Shown here: positions 8,641-17,332 of the stretch, in pieces
How the letters are laid out: every line of letters starts with the position of its first letter
Numbering within the stretch: position 1 is the stretch's first letter
Source of the DNA: Anaerolineales bacterium
Lineage (GTDB): Bacteria > Chloroflexota > Anaerolineae > Anaerolineales > DRMV01
DNA length: 64,000 nt
Direction: 5' to 3'
Assembly (NCBI GenBank): GCA_026996855.1
Contig: JALWJZ010000005.1
Location: 3,656 to 67,655, forward strand
The notes under the pieces: generated by a model
Database searches by the model: none
Seen by the model: the letters and a program-made list of their open reading frames with translations, nothing else
Told to the model about the DNA's origin: nothing
Position numbers and translations under genes: made by a program

Positions 8641-9369
8641 ATGGGTTTGAAACGGGTGTTTCGGGTGTTTCGGTACAAGCCGGGGTGGTCGCGGCCGCGT
8701 TACGAAACCTATACCCTGGACCTACCCGAATGGGCCACGGTGCTGGAGGCCCTGATGCGCATTCGGCGGGACCATGCCCCGGACCTGACCTTGCGCCATT
8801 CGTGTTTGCATGGCTCGTGCGGTACCTGCGGCATGCGCATCAACGGTCGGGAGGCCCTGGCCTGCCTGGTGAAAGTGCAGGACCTGCCCGAACGCATCAC
8901 CGTGGAGCCGCTGTACAACCTGGGCGTGGTCAGCGACCTGGTGGTGGACATGCCCGCGTTCTACGAAAAATTCGAGCCGGTGGGGCGGCCTTTGATTCGC
9001 CGGAGCGAATACCTGCCCCAGGCGGTGCCGCCCGAGGGCATTCCCCATTTCACCCGGCTGGAATCGTGCATCGAATGCGGGCTTTGTGTATCGGCCTGCC
9101 CGGTGGCCGCCACCGACGAAGCCTACCTGGGGCCTGCGGCCCTGGCCGCGGCCTGGCGGGTGGTGGAAGAACCGCGCGACGCACGGGTGTGGCAGGCCCT
9201 GGCCCTGGCCGATAGCCCCCACGGGTGCTGGCGCTGTCATCTTGCCCTGGAATGCTCCGAGGTCTGCCCTACGGGGGTGAAACCTGGCCATGCCATTGCT
9301 GCATTGCGGGCTTATTTGTTGACCTCGCAAGCCGTTCGTACGGCGTCCCCTATGGGAGAGGCGTCATGA
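8641..9369 (+). CDS. Succinate dehydrogenase/fumarate reductase-type iron-sulfur subunit (SdhB-like)
   Basis: CLHGSCGTCGMRINGREALAC (2Fe-2S), CIECGLCVSACP (4Fe-4S) and CHLALECSEVCP (3Fe-4S-like). ATG at 8641 follows ggagaggtgg. The 5' two-thirds of track ORF 7399-9369 is an out-of-frame artefact over the previous gene. Confidence 0.8.
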   Translation: MGLKRVFRVFRYKPGWSRPRYETYTLDLPEWATVLEALMRIRRDHAPDLTLRHSCLHGSCGTCGMRINGREALACLVKVQDLPERITVEPLYNLGVVSDLVVDMPAFYEKFEPVGRPLIRRSEYLPQAVPPEGIPHFTRLESCIECGLCVSACPVAATDEAYLGPAALAAAWRVVEEPRDARVWQALALADSPHGCWRCHLALECSEVCPTGVKPGHAIAALRAYLLTSQAVRTASPMGEAS

Positions 9370-9764
9370 GCCACAGTAAATCCTATGACTGGCGGCCCGG
9401 CCCCCGGGCCTGGTGGGACCCGCGCGGCCGCGGCCTCGGCTACTGGGCCTTCGTGCTGCACCGTCTGACCGGGCTGGGGTTGGTGGCGTACCTGTTGTTG
9501 CACCTTTGGATGCTTCGCCTGCTGGCTCGCGGTCCGGACGCCTGGGATGCCTTCATCCGCACGGCCAAATCGCCCCTGTTCCTCGTTCTCGACGGTGTGC
9601 TTTTGCTGGGTTTGGTGTATCATGGAATCAACGGATTGCGCCTCACCTGGCTGGGGTATGGACGGGTCGAAGAACGGCCGGCCCGAGGCGTCGTGCTGGT
9701 TTTGGGATTGACCGCTCTACTGTGGCTGGCAGGCATGGGCGCATTGTTGCTGGTGGTGCGGTGA
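9366..9764 (+). CDS. Small membrane anchor, succinate dehydrogenase cytochrome b (SdhC)-like
   Basis: Three predicted TM helices with conserved His (FVLHRLTG, VYHGINGLR). ATGA overlap with the Fe-S subunit gene. Confidence 0.6.
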   Translation: MSHSKSYDWRPGPRAWWDPRGRGLGYWAFVLHRLTGLGLVAYLLLHLWMLRLLARGPDAWDAFIRTAKSPLFLVLDGVLLLGLVYHGINGLRLTWLGYGRVEERPARGVVLVLGLTALLWLAGMGALLLVVR

Positions 9765-9945
9765 GTGGGTTTTGAGCCAGGCTGCCGTGTTTCATGCACA
9801 TCCAGGTGGCGCGCGAAAGGGGGTTGTCCACCACCGGTCGAAACTTTCCCGCAAGGCCGCGATGCACGCGATTCCATGACCCAGGAAGCGTGCCCCTTCT
9901 GTTTCGTCGATTGAGCACACATTTTTTGCATGGAGGATATGACGC

Positions 9946-10698
9946 ATGTTGGACGAAAGGTCTTATTCCTTCCGCACCCATCTACCCATTCAAATCGTTC
10001 CGGCGGCCCTGGCCTTCCTGTTGGGTTTGGCCGTCGGGTACATCCTGTGGGGGCTGCCCGGCGGTCGGTCGGAAGTCTCGGAGCCTCTTGCCGCGGTGCA
10101 GGCCACCGCGGAGCAACCGCAAGCCCAGGCCACACCGGCCGAGCCTCAGCCTTCGCCCACCCTCACTCGGCTGGACGTGAGCGTGGATGACGACCCGGCC
10201 AAAGGTCCGGAGGACGCGCCGGTGACCATCATCGAGTTCTCCGATTATGAATGCCCTTTCTGTAAACGCTGGCGAATGCAAGTGTACGACCCCCTCTTTG
10301 AGACTTTCGGCGACAAGATTCGGTTGGTGTATCGCGACTTCCCGTTGGAGCAAATTCATCCCGAAGCGATTCCCGCGGCCATTGCTGCCAATTGCGCGGG
10401 GGAACAAGGCAAATATTGGGAGTACCACGACAAACTCTTCTTAGGCGGCAAACCCCTGGGTGAGGAGACCTACCTGGCGTATGCCGAGGAACTGGGCCTG
10501 GACCTGGAGGCCTTCAAGGATTGTCTGAAATCCGAAGAGCAGCGCCAGGAGGTTTTGAAGGACCTGGAGGACGGGTTGCGCCTGGGCGTTCGAGGTACAC
10601 CGACCTTTTTCATCAACGGCATTCCCGTGGTAGGGGCGCAGCCTTTCGAAGTGTTCCGACAAATCATTCAGCAGGAGTTGGAGCGCATCGAGGACTAA
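9946..10698 (+). CDS. DsbA-family thiol:disulfide oxidoreductase with N-terminal membrane anchor
   Basis: Thioredoxin-fold motif YECPFCKRW and GTPTFFING. One N-terminal TM. RBS ggagga lies 8 nt upstream. Confidence 0.85.
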   Translation: MLDERSYSFRTHLPIQIVPAALAFLLGLAVGYILWGLPGGRSEVSEPLAAVQATAEQPQAQATPAEPQPSPTLTRLDVSVDDDPAKGPEDAPVTIIEFSDYECPFCKRWRMQVYDPLFETFGDKIRLVYRDFPLEQIHPEAIPAAIAANCAGEQGKYWEYHDKLFLGGKPLGEETYLAYAEELGLDLEAFKDCLKSEEQRQEVLKDLEDGLRLGVRGTPTFFINGIPVVGAQPFEVFRQIIQQELERIED

Positions 10699-10749
10699 GC
10701 GCAGTCCATTCGGCAGTCGACACCCAAAGTTCTTTGCGGGAGGGTGACC

Positions 10750-12681
10750 ATGCGGCGGAATGCCCTGTGGATTGTGCTGGGGCTTTTTGTGTTCCTGGGA
10801 TGTGGGTGTCTTGCCTTGATTGGGTTGGTGAGCGGAGGCTTTCTGGCCCTGGGCGCGGCGGTGGATGCGCCGGTGGAGGTGCGCATGGAGCCGCCCGTTC
10901 TCGAGGTAGCCCAGGGGGAAGAGGGCCGGGTGGAATTCCTGCTGTACAACCCATCCGATGAGGAAATGGTTTTGGAAGGGGTGGTTTTGCCGGCTTCCTG
11001 GCTGGATGGTTTCGTAGTGAAAGGCAGTGAGCCACCCTTTTTGCGCAAGGAAGACGATTTGGGCGACGAACGTCTGGTGTTCGACGGCCTGACCATTCCG
11101 GCGAAAGGCCAGCGGACTTTGACGTTGCAGGTGCAGGGCTGGGAGCCAGGACGTTATCAGGGCGAGGGCACGCTGCTCTTCCGGGATGGTAGTCTGACGC
11201 TCTTCACCCTGGAAGGCGTGGTGGTACCTTCTTCTCCCACCGTGCCTGCGAAGTCAATGCCGATAAAGGTTCCCGCGGCCACACCCACGCCTTCGCCATC
11301 CCCCTCACCGACTGCGACGCAGACCCTGGCTGACCTGGTGGAGCGTCTGGCCCGTTCCGTGGTTATGGTGGTGGCGTTGGAGGGCGATACGCCCGTGGGG
11401 AGCGGTTCAGGTACCATTGTGGATCCCAGAGGTTTCATTTTGACCAACGCGCATGTGGTCCTGGACGATGCCGGCGGGTTGGTCGATTACTTGCTCATTT
11501 TAGTGACGGAAACGCCTGATCAGCCTCCCGTTCCCAAATATTGGGCGCGGGTAGTGCAGGTGGACCCCCGCCTGGATTTGGCCGTCATTCAAATCGACCG
11601 GGACCTGGACGGGAACCCCGTTGCCGACCTGAATTTGCCCGCGGTGCCTTTGGGGGATTCGGACCAACTGCGTCTGGGTGAAACGTTGCTCATCTTGGGC
11701 TACCCCGGCATTGGAGGCGACACCATCACCTTTACCCAGGGCGAAGTTAGCGGTTTCGTTCCCCAACCTGGTTATGGCCCCCGGGCCTGGATTAAGACCT
11801 CGGCTACCATTGCGGGCGGCAGCAGCGGCGGCCTGGCCGCGAATGCTCGCGGTGAACTGGTGGGCATCCCTACTCAGGCGGGCGCGGGGGAAAGCGGCCA
11901 GGTGGTGGATTGCCGTCCTTTGGTAGACACCAACGGCGACGGTGTGGTAGACGAGCAGGATACTTGCGTGCCCATTGGCGGTTACATCAATTCCTTGCGG
12001 CCCGTCAACCTGGCCAAGCCCTTGCTCGAGGCGGCCCTTTCCGGACAGGTGGCCATCGCCACGCCTCAGCCCACCGAGGCCACGGAAACTCCGGGCGAGA
12101 AGGAGCCGGAATTGCGCCTTGTGGTGCAGGTGACTTTTGACGACCCCCGTTTTCAGCCCTGGGAGCCGGAAGCCAGCGATAAACTCCGGGCCTGGTATCA
12201 AGATGGGGCGTTTTGGCTTCACCTGTTGAAGCCGGAACATCTGTACTGGTTTACCTACGGCGGGCATTGGTTGTCCGACATGGCCGTGGGTGTTTGGGTG
12301 GAAGTTACCCAACCGGCGGGCGATGGAGAAATCGGCCTTACATGCCGGGTAGGGGAAGCCAACGATACGTTCTACGCCTTCAGCATTTCCGAAGACGGCT
12401 ACTACAGCATCTGGTATTACGACACAGACGGCGGCGAAGCCCTGGTGCCCTGGACCCAGTTGCCCCAGGGCCGGATCCTGGTACCCGGACGGCAGGTGCA
12501 CATTGCGGCGCTGTGTTACGGCCCTTGGCTGGTCTTGTTCGTGGATGGGGAACCGATTCACGAAGTGGAGGACCACCGCCTGCAAGCGGGGTATGGGGGC
12601 ATTGTCATAGGAACCTGGGAGAAGGGAGGCTTCGCAGTGCGCCTCGACGACTTTGAAATCTACACCATCGAGGAGGAGTAA
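10750..12681 (+). CDS. Membrane-anchored trypsin-like (S1C) serine protease with a C-terminal jelly-roll-like domain
   Basis: TNAHVV (His), GDSDQLRLGE (Asp region) and GGSSGG (Ser) form the catalytic triad context. N-terminal TM and a Pro/Thr/Ser linker. Confidence 0.8.
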   Translation: MRRNALWIVLGLFVFLGCGCLALIGLVSGGFLALGAAVDAPVEVRMEPPVLEVAQGEEGRVEFLLYNPSDEEMVLEGVVLPASWLDGFVVKGSEPPFLRKEDDLGDERLVFDGLTIPAKGQRTLTLQVQGWEPGRYQGEGTLLFRDGSLTLFTLEGVVVPSSPTVPAKSMPIKVPAATPTPSPSPSPTATQTLADLVERLARSVVMVVALEGDTPVGSGSGTIVDPRGFILTNAHVVLDDAGGLVDYLLILVTETPDQPPVPKYWARVVQVDPRLDLAVIQIDRDLDGNPVADLNLPAVPLGDSDQLRLGETLLILGYPGIGGDTITFTQGEVSGFVPQPGYGPRAWIKTSATIAGGSSGGLAANARGELVGIPTQAGAGESGQVVDCRPLVDTNGDGVVDEQDTCVPIGGYINSLRPVNLAKPLLEAALSGQVAIATPQPTEATETPGEKEPELRLVVQVTFDDPRFQPWEPEASDKLRAWYQDGAFWLHLLKPEHLYWFTYGGHWLSDMAVGVWVEVTQPAGDGEIGLTCRVGEANDTFYAFSISEDGYYSIWYYDTDGGEALVPWTQLPQGRILVPGRQVHIAALCYGPWLVLFVDGEPIHEVEDHRLQAGYGGIVIGTWEKGGFAVRLDDFEIYTIEEE

Positions 12682-12689
12682 GCGCGCTC

Positions 12690-13523
12690 ATGACCACCAT
12701 CGCCATCCTGACCGATTTCGGCCACCTGGACCCTTACGTGGGCATCATGAAGGGGGTGATGCGCACCCGGGCGCCCGAGGCCGACTTCGTGGACCTGACC
12801 CACGAAATTCCCCCCGGCGACATTCTCCGGGCCGCGGTGGTGCTGTGGCAAAGCCACGCCTTTTTCCCCCCCGGCACCGTGTTCCTGGTGGTGGTGGACC
12901 CGGGGGTGGGCACGGCCCGCCGGCCCCTCCTGGTGGAGAGCGGCCCCTATCGCTTCATCGCGCCCGACAACGGCGTGCTCACCTACGTGCTCCAACCCGG
13001 ATGGCGGGCCTGGCGCCTGGAGAACCCCCTCTTTCGCCTGGAGCAGGTGAGCACCACCTTCCACGGTCGGGACATCTTCGCACCGGCCGCGGCCCATGCC
13101 GCGCTGGGTACCCCCGGCGAAGCCTTCGGCCCGCCGGTGGACGACCTGGAACGCCTGCCGCCCCTGACTCCCCGGCTGGAAGGCCGGCGCCTCCTGGGCC
13201 AGGTGTTGTACCCGGACCGTTTTGGGAACATCCTGACCAACCTGGGCCTTTTCTCCCCCGCGGGCGATTTGGGTGTGTGGGCATTCCGCCCCTGGCTGGG
13301 CGCCGGGGAACCGAGGCGGGTGCGTTTCCAGGGGCTGGAACTGCCCTCGGGGGAAGTGTTGCCCTGGGTGGCCACCTTCGGCCAACTTCCCGAAGGACGC
13401 CTGGGGTTTCTCGTAGGTAGCACCGGTTTGGTGGAAATCGTGGCCAACCGGGCCAGCGCCTGGGACCTGTTGCGCCCGGAGCGCGGGCATCCCCTGACGT
13501 TGCATCTCGAGGAGGTGGCATGA
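12690..13523 (+). CDS. SAM hydroxide adenosyltransferase family protein (DUF62)
   Basis: N-terminus IAILTDFGHLDPYVGIMKGVM and later FHGRDIFAP are characteristic of the DUF62/chlorinase-fluorinase-like family. Confidence 0.8.
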   Translation: MTTIAILTDFGHLDPYVGIMKGVMRTRAPEADFVDLTHEIPPGDILRAAVVLWQSHAFFPPGTVFLVVVDPGVGTARRPLLVESGPYRFIAPDNGVLTYVLQPGWRAWRLENPLFRLEQVSTTFHGRDIFAPAAAHAALGTPGEAFGPPVDDLERLPPLTPRLEGRRLLGQVLYPDRFGNILTNLGLFSPAGDLGVWAFRPWLGAGEPRRVRFQGLELPSGEVLPWVATFGQLPEGRLGFLVGSTGLVEIVANRASAWDLLRPERGHPLTLHLEEVA

Positions 13524-14776
13524 CCGCACCCCTGACCGGTACCCGACCGTTGCGCAAACCCGGAGCGGCCGAAGTACTGGCCCTCATCCCGGCCCGGGGA
13601 GGTTCCAAGGGCATCCCCCGGAAGAACATCCGCATGTTCGCGGGGCATCCCCTCATTGCGTACAGCATTGCCGCCGGGCTCCAGGCCGAAACCGTGACCC
13701 GGGTGGTGGTTTCCACCGACGACGAGGAGATCGCGGCCGTGGCCCGGGAGTACGGCGCGGAGGTGCCCTTCCTGCGGCCCGAGCACCTGGCCCAGGACGA
13801 TACGCCCGATTACCCCGTCTTTTTGCACGCGCTGGAGTGGCTGGCCGAGCACGAGGATTACCACCCCGATGTGGTGGTGCAGTTGCGCCCCACCAGCCCC
13901 CTGCGCCCTCGCGACCTGGTGGACCGGGGCGTGCGCCTGCTCCTCCAGCATCCCCATGCCGATTCGGTCCGCGCGGTGGTGCCTTCGGGCCAGAACCCCT
14001 ACAAGATGTGGCGCATCCGCGAGGACGGTTTGCTGGCGCCCCTGCTCACCGTAGAAGGGCTGAAGGAGCCGTACAACGCGCCGCGCCAGCGCCTGCCCCG
14101 CACCTACTGGCAGACGGGCCATCTGGACGTGATGTGGACCCGCACTTTGTTGGAAAAGCGCTCCATGACCGGGGAGGCCATTCTGCCCCTTTTGGTGGAC
14201 CCTCGCTATACCGTGGACCTGGACAACGAATGGGACTGGGAGCGGGCCGAGTGGACCGCGCTCCGCGCCGACCTGGACCTGGTCTGGCCCGGACGCCCGG
14301 CCCGGCGGATGCCGGAAAGGGTGGCCCTGGTGGTGCTGGATTTCGACGGCGTGTTCACCGACAACCGGGTGTGGGTGGACGAGACCGGCCGGGAAGCCGT
14401 GGTGGCCCACCGGGGGGATGGATACGGTCTGGAACGGCTGCGCAAGGCGGGCATTCGCGTGGTGGTGCTTTCCAAAGAAAAGAACCCCGTGGTTTCGGCC
14501 CGTTGCCGTAAACTCGGCCTGCCCGTGTGGCAGGGGGTGGAGGACAAGGCCACCCTATTGCGCCGTCTCCTGGAAGAGTGGCGCATCCCCCCCGACCGGG
14601 CGGTGTATCTGGGCAACGACGTCAACGACGTGCCCTGCTTTCCCCTGGTGGGCTGGGCCGTGGTGGTGGCCGATGCCCATCCCCAGGCCAAACGGGCCGC
14701 GGATAAGGTCCTGCGCTCCCGGGGTGGTCACGGTGCCATTCGCGAACTGGCCGATTTGATTCTGGCGGGCGCCTGA
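13520..14776 (+). CDS. Acylneuraminate (CMP-sugar) cytidylyltransferase fused to a KdsC-like HAD phosphatase domain
   Basis: N-terminal half: ALIPARGGSKGIPRKN and QLRPTSPLR (CTP_transf_3). C-terminal half: LDFDGVFTD, SKEKN and GNDVNDVP (HAD IIIA, KdsC-like). ATGA overlap with the upstream gene. Confidence 0.8.
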   Translation: MTAPLTGTRPLRKPGAAEVLALIPARGGSKGIPRKNIRMFAGHPLIAYSIAAGLQAETVTRVVVSTDDEEIAAVAREYGAEVPFLRPEHLAQDDTPDYPVFLHALEWLAEHEDYHPDVVVQLRPTSPLRPRDLVDRGVRLLLQHPHADSVRAVVPSGQNPYKMWRIREDGLLAPLLTVEGLKEPYNAPRQRLPRTYWQTGHLDVMWTRTLLEKRSMTGEAILPLLVDPRYTVDLDNEWDWERAEWTALRADLDLVWPGRPARRMPERVALVVLDFDGVFTDNRVWVDETGREAVVAHRGDGYGLERLRKAGIRVVVLSKEKNPVVSARCRKLGLPVWQGVEDKATLLRRLLEEWRIPPDRAVYLGNDVNDVPCFPLVGWAVVVADAHPQAKRAADKVLRSRGGHGAIRELADLILAGA

Positions 14777-14917
14777 AAGGGGCGTGTAGGGGTTTTCCCG
14801 GGGGAAGGCCCGCGGGATTTTGGCCCCCAGCATTTGGTCAAGGAGGCCTACACCCTCTGGCCCTCCCTTGGCTCGCCTTGAGGGGAAGGCGGAACGAGGT
14901 TCAAGTCGATTTGTTTC

Positions 14918-14945
14918 TTGTGCTCTGAGGGAGCCGCTGTATAAT
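14918..14945 (+). promoter_or_regulatory. Candidate sigma70 promoter upstream of the split metE-like genes
   Basis: TTGTGC, 16 nt, TATAAT (preceded by TG). Confidence 0.4.
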
Positions 14946-15009
14946 TGGCCCCAACGATTTTCAATGCGGAGTTGTGGCTTGGCGCGGTGCGCGAAGCCGA
15001 AGAAACAAA

Positions 15010-15041
15010 CCGGGGAAGGTGCGTCCCCGGATTTGTGTTGT
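15010..15041 (+). terminator. Terminator-like hairpin inside the 5' leader of the metE-like genes (possible attenuator)
   Basis: ccgggga-aggtgcg-tccccgg followed by atttgtgttgt, about 70 nt upstream of the start codon. No recognisable riboswitch core. Confidence 0.3.
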
Positions 15042-15109
15042 ATCCCACCACCACGCTCAGGTACCTGCTGCCCTTTCCCAACACCTTCTTACCCAGGAGG
15101 AAAACGCCC

Positions 15110-16009
15110 ATGGACGTATTCGTATCCCTTAACGGCATGTATTCCCGAGGCGAGGCTTTGATTCAAGCCACGCGCGATTTCGACCGAAACCGCATCTCGT
15201 TGGAAGCCCTGGAGGCCGCTTACGAGGCCGACTACGCGGCCTTGCGCGAACTGCAAGGCGATGCCCCGCTGGTGAGCGATGGCCTGCTCAACTGGCAGGA
15301 CCTGGTCCGCCCCTTCGCCCATCTGACCGGCGCGGACCCCGGCCCACTGACCCGCTATTTCGAGACCAACACTTTCTACCGGGTGCTCCATTTCCCCAAG
15401 GCCGTGACCTGGGGACGCCTGGACGAGTGGGCAGCCCGATACTTCCGTTTCGGAACCATGGCTTTTCTGCCTTCCCCCTACACCTTCACCCGCATGGCCA
15501 CCGGTCTTTCGCTGGAGGACGCCACGGCCCTGTTGCGGGATGTGGTGGCCCATCTGGTCCCCCGCGGGTTCCACACCTTTTCTTTCCAGGAACCCTTCGC
15601 AGTTTACGAAGGAAATGCCCAGGCCCTGGCCGCGCTCAAACCGGCCCTGGAAACCCTGCGGGAAGTCGCTCCCGATGCCCGCTTTGTGTTGACCTTTTAC
15701 TTCGGTGACGCCGCCCCCTTGCTGTCGGTGGCGTGGGATTTGCCCGTGGATGCCGTGGGCGTGGACCTGACCCACACCGACGTGGCCGCGCTGGACGTTC
15801 CCCAGGGGCGGGGCCTGATGTTGGGCATCGTGGATACCACCAACTCCCTTCTGGAGACCCCTGAGGTGGTGCAAGAGGCGCTGAACCTGGCCCGCTCCAA
15901 GCGGCCCCAGTTCCTCATTTTGTCCGGCAGCGCGGACTTCTTCTTCCTGCCCCGCGACGTGGCCGATGCCAAGTACCGATTTTTGAAGCAGATAGCGAAT
16001 AGCGGTTAG
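15110..16009 (+). CDS. Cobalamin-independent methionine synthase (MetE) N-terminal-domain-like protein, no zinc ligands
   Basis: A (beta-alpha)8-like MetE-family pattern without the His-x-Cys or Cys zinc motifs. ATG at 15110 follows aggagga. The upstream part of track ORF 14945 has no RBS support. Confidence 0.55.
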   Translation: MDVFVSLNGMYSRGEALIQATRDFDRNRISLEALEAAYEADYAALRELQGDAPLVSDGLLNWQDLVRPFAHLTGADPGPLTRYFETNTFYRVLHFPKAVTWGRLDEWAARYFRFGTMAFLPSPYTFTRMATGLSLEDATALLRDVVAHLVPRGFHTFSFQEPFAVYEGNAQALAALKPALETLREVAPDARFVLTFYFGDAAPLLSVAWDLPVDAVGVDLTHTDVAALDVPQGRGLMLGIVDTTNSLLETPEVVQEALNLARSKRPQFLILSGSADFFFLPRDVADAKYRFLKQIANSG

Positions 16010-16056
16010 CAGCCAGCGAATCGCCGACTGCTGACGACTGACTGCTGACTGCTTTG
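15994..16056 (+). repeat. Composite heptanucleotide tandem repeat (AGCGAAT-type units followed by YGCYGAC-type units)
   Basis: Nine consecutive 7-nt units: agcgaat agcggtt agcagcc agcgaat cgccgac tgctgac gactgac tgctgac tgctttg. It spans the stop codon at 16007-16009 and ends 24 nt before the next start. Confidence 0.7.
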
Positions 16057-16080
16057 CCACTTCCCAATAGGAGGTTCCCC

Positions 16081-17247
16081 ATGCACAAACCCTTGTTGAC
16101 CCATGAAATCGGTTCCCTGGCCAAGCCCAATTGGCGGGTGAAAGCCTTGCGCAATCTTCCTCTGAACGACCAGGACCTGGAAGAGGCCCGCACTTGGGCG
16201 CGGCGCCTGGATTTGGAAAAGGACGCGGAGGAACTCTTCGCGTTGTTGGAAAAGCGGGAAGGTTTCACCCGAGAGGAAAAACGCAACCTGGTGGCCTGGG
16301 CTTCCCGTTTTGCCGTGCGTTTGCTGGAAAAGGCCGGGCTGGACGTGGTCTACGACGGTGAACAGCATCGGGTGGAGATGTACGAATACCCCATTCGCCG
16401 TATCCGGGGCTTTGCGTTTCGCGGGCATGTGCGCAGTTTCGACAACAAGTACTACCGGAAGGCCGCGGTGGTCGAGCAGCCCGCGGTGGAACGGCCCTAC
16501 CACCTGGACGAGTACCACACCATTGTCCGCTATGCTACCCGGCCGGTGAAAATCCCCATCACCGGCGCGTACACCCTGGTGGACTGGTCTTTCGACGAGT
16601 ACTACCTGCAACGCACACCCATTGGCACCGCGGAAGGACTGCGCCTGCGTAAGGAAGCCCGCCGACGCTTCTTGCGGGATATGGCCCGTGAGGTCATTTA
16701 CCCCAACTTGAAGGCCCTGGTGGAAGCCGGCGCGGAGTTCTTGCAAATAGACGAACCGGCCGCGACCACCCATCCGGACGAAGTGCCCGATTTCGTCCAG
16801 GCGACCATCGATAGCGTGGGCGACCTGAAGGGCCGGATCACTTTCGGCATGCACATCTGTTTCTCCGATTATTCCCTCCTCATGCCCCACCTGCGCAATC
16901 TGGAAGGGGTCATCCACGAAATGCACTTCGAGTACGCCAACCGGGACAGCCGCGACCTGGGCGTTTCACCCGAAGTGCGGGTGGGTTACACCAAAACCCT
17001 CAACCTGCTCAAAGACACCAAGTTCATCGTGGGCCTGGGCGTGCTGGATGTGCACACCAACTTCGTTGAACCCGTGGAACTCATCCGGGACCGCATTTTG
17101 TACGCCCTAGAAATCCTCCAGGACCCCGACCGCATCTACGTGGCCCCCGACTGTGGTTTGCGCACCCGAACCTGGGAGGTATCCTTTGCCAAGTTGCGGA
17201 ACATGGTGGAAGCCGTAGAGCAGGTGAAGGCCCGGTTGGGCCTGTAA
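16081..17247 (+). CDS. Cobalamin-independent methionine synthase catalytic (C-terminal-domain-like) protein
   Basis: GSLAKPNW near the N-terminus. Zinc ligands MHICFSDY (His-x-Cys) and APDCGLRTR (Cys), as in the MetE C-terminal domain. RBS ggagg lies 6 nt upstream. Confidence 0.75.
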   Translation: MHKPLLTHEIGSLAKPNWRVKALRNLPLNDQDLEEARTWARRLDLEKDAEELFALLEKREGFTREEKRNLVAWASRFAVRLLEKAGLDVVYDGEQHRVEMYEYPIRRIRGFAFRGHVRSFDNKYYRKAAVVEQPAVERPYHLDEYHTIVRYATRPVKIPITGAYTLVDWSFDEYYLQRTPIGTAEGLRLRKEARRRFLRDMAREVIYPNLKALVEAGAEFLQIDEPAATTHPDEVPDFVQATIDSVGDLKGRITFGMHICFSDYSLLMPHLRNLEGVIHEMHFEYANRDSRDLGVSPEVRVGYTKTLNLLKDTKFIVGLGVLDVHTNFVEPVELIRDRILYALEILQDPDRIYVAPDCGLRTRTWEVSFAKLRNMVEAVEQVKARLGL

Positions 17248-17332
17248 CGAGGCAGGAGAGCGGCCTGGTCGCCCCGGTTTGGCCCAGGAAATCTTCGAAA
17301 AAAGCCAGGCCCAGCCGGAGAGGAGGCGCGCG

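Noticed and set aside
14946-15109. Leader of the metE-like genes examined for a SAM, SAH or cobalamin riboswitch
   Set aside because: I could not find the conserved cores: no B12 box, and no S-box junction sequences. Only a terminator-like hairpin (15010-15041) is visible, listed as a low-confidence feature.
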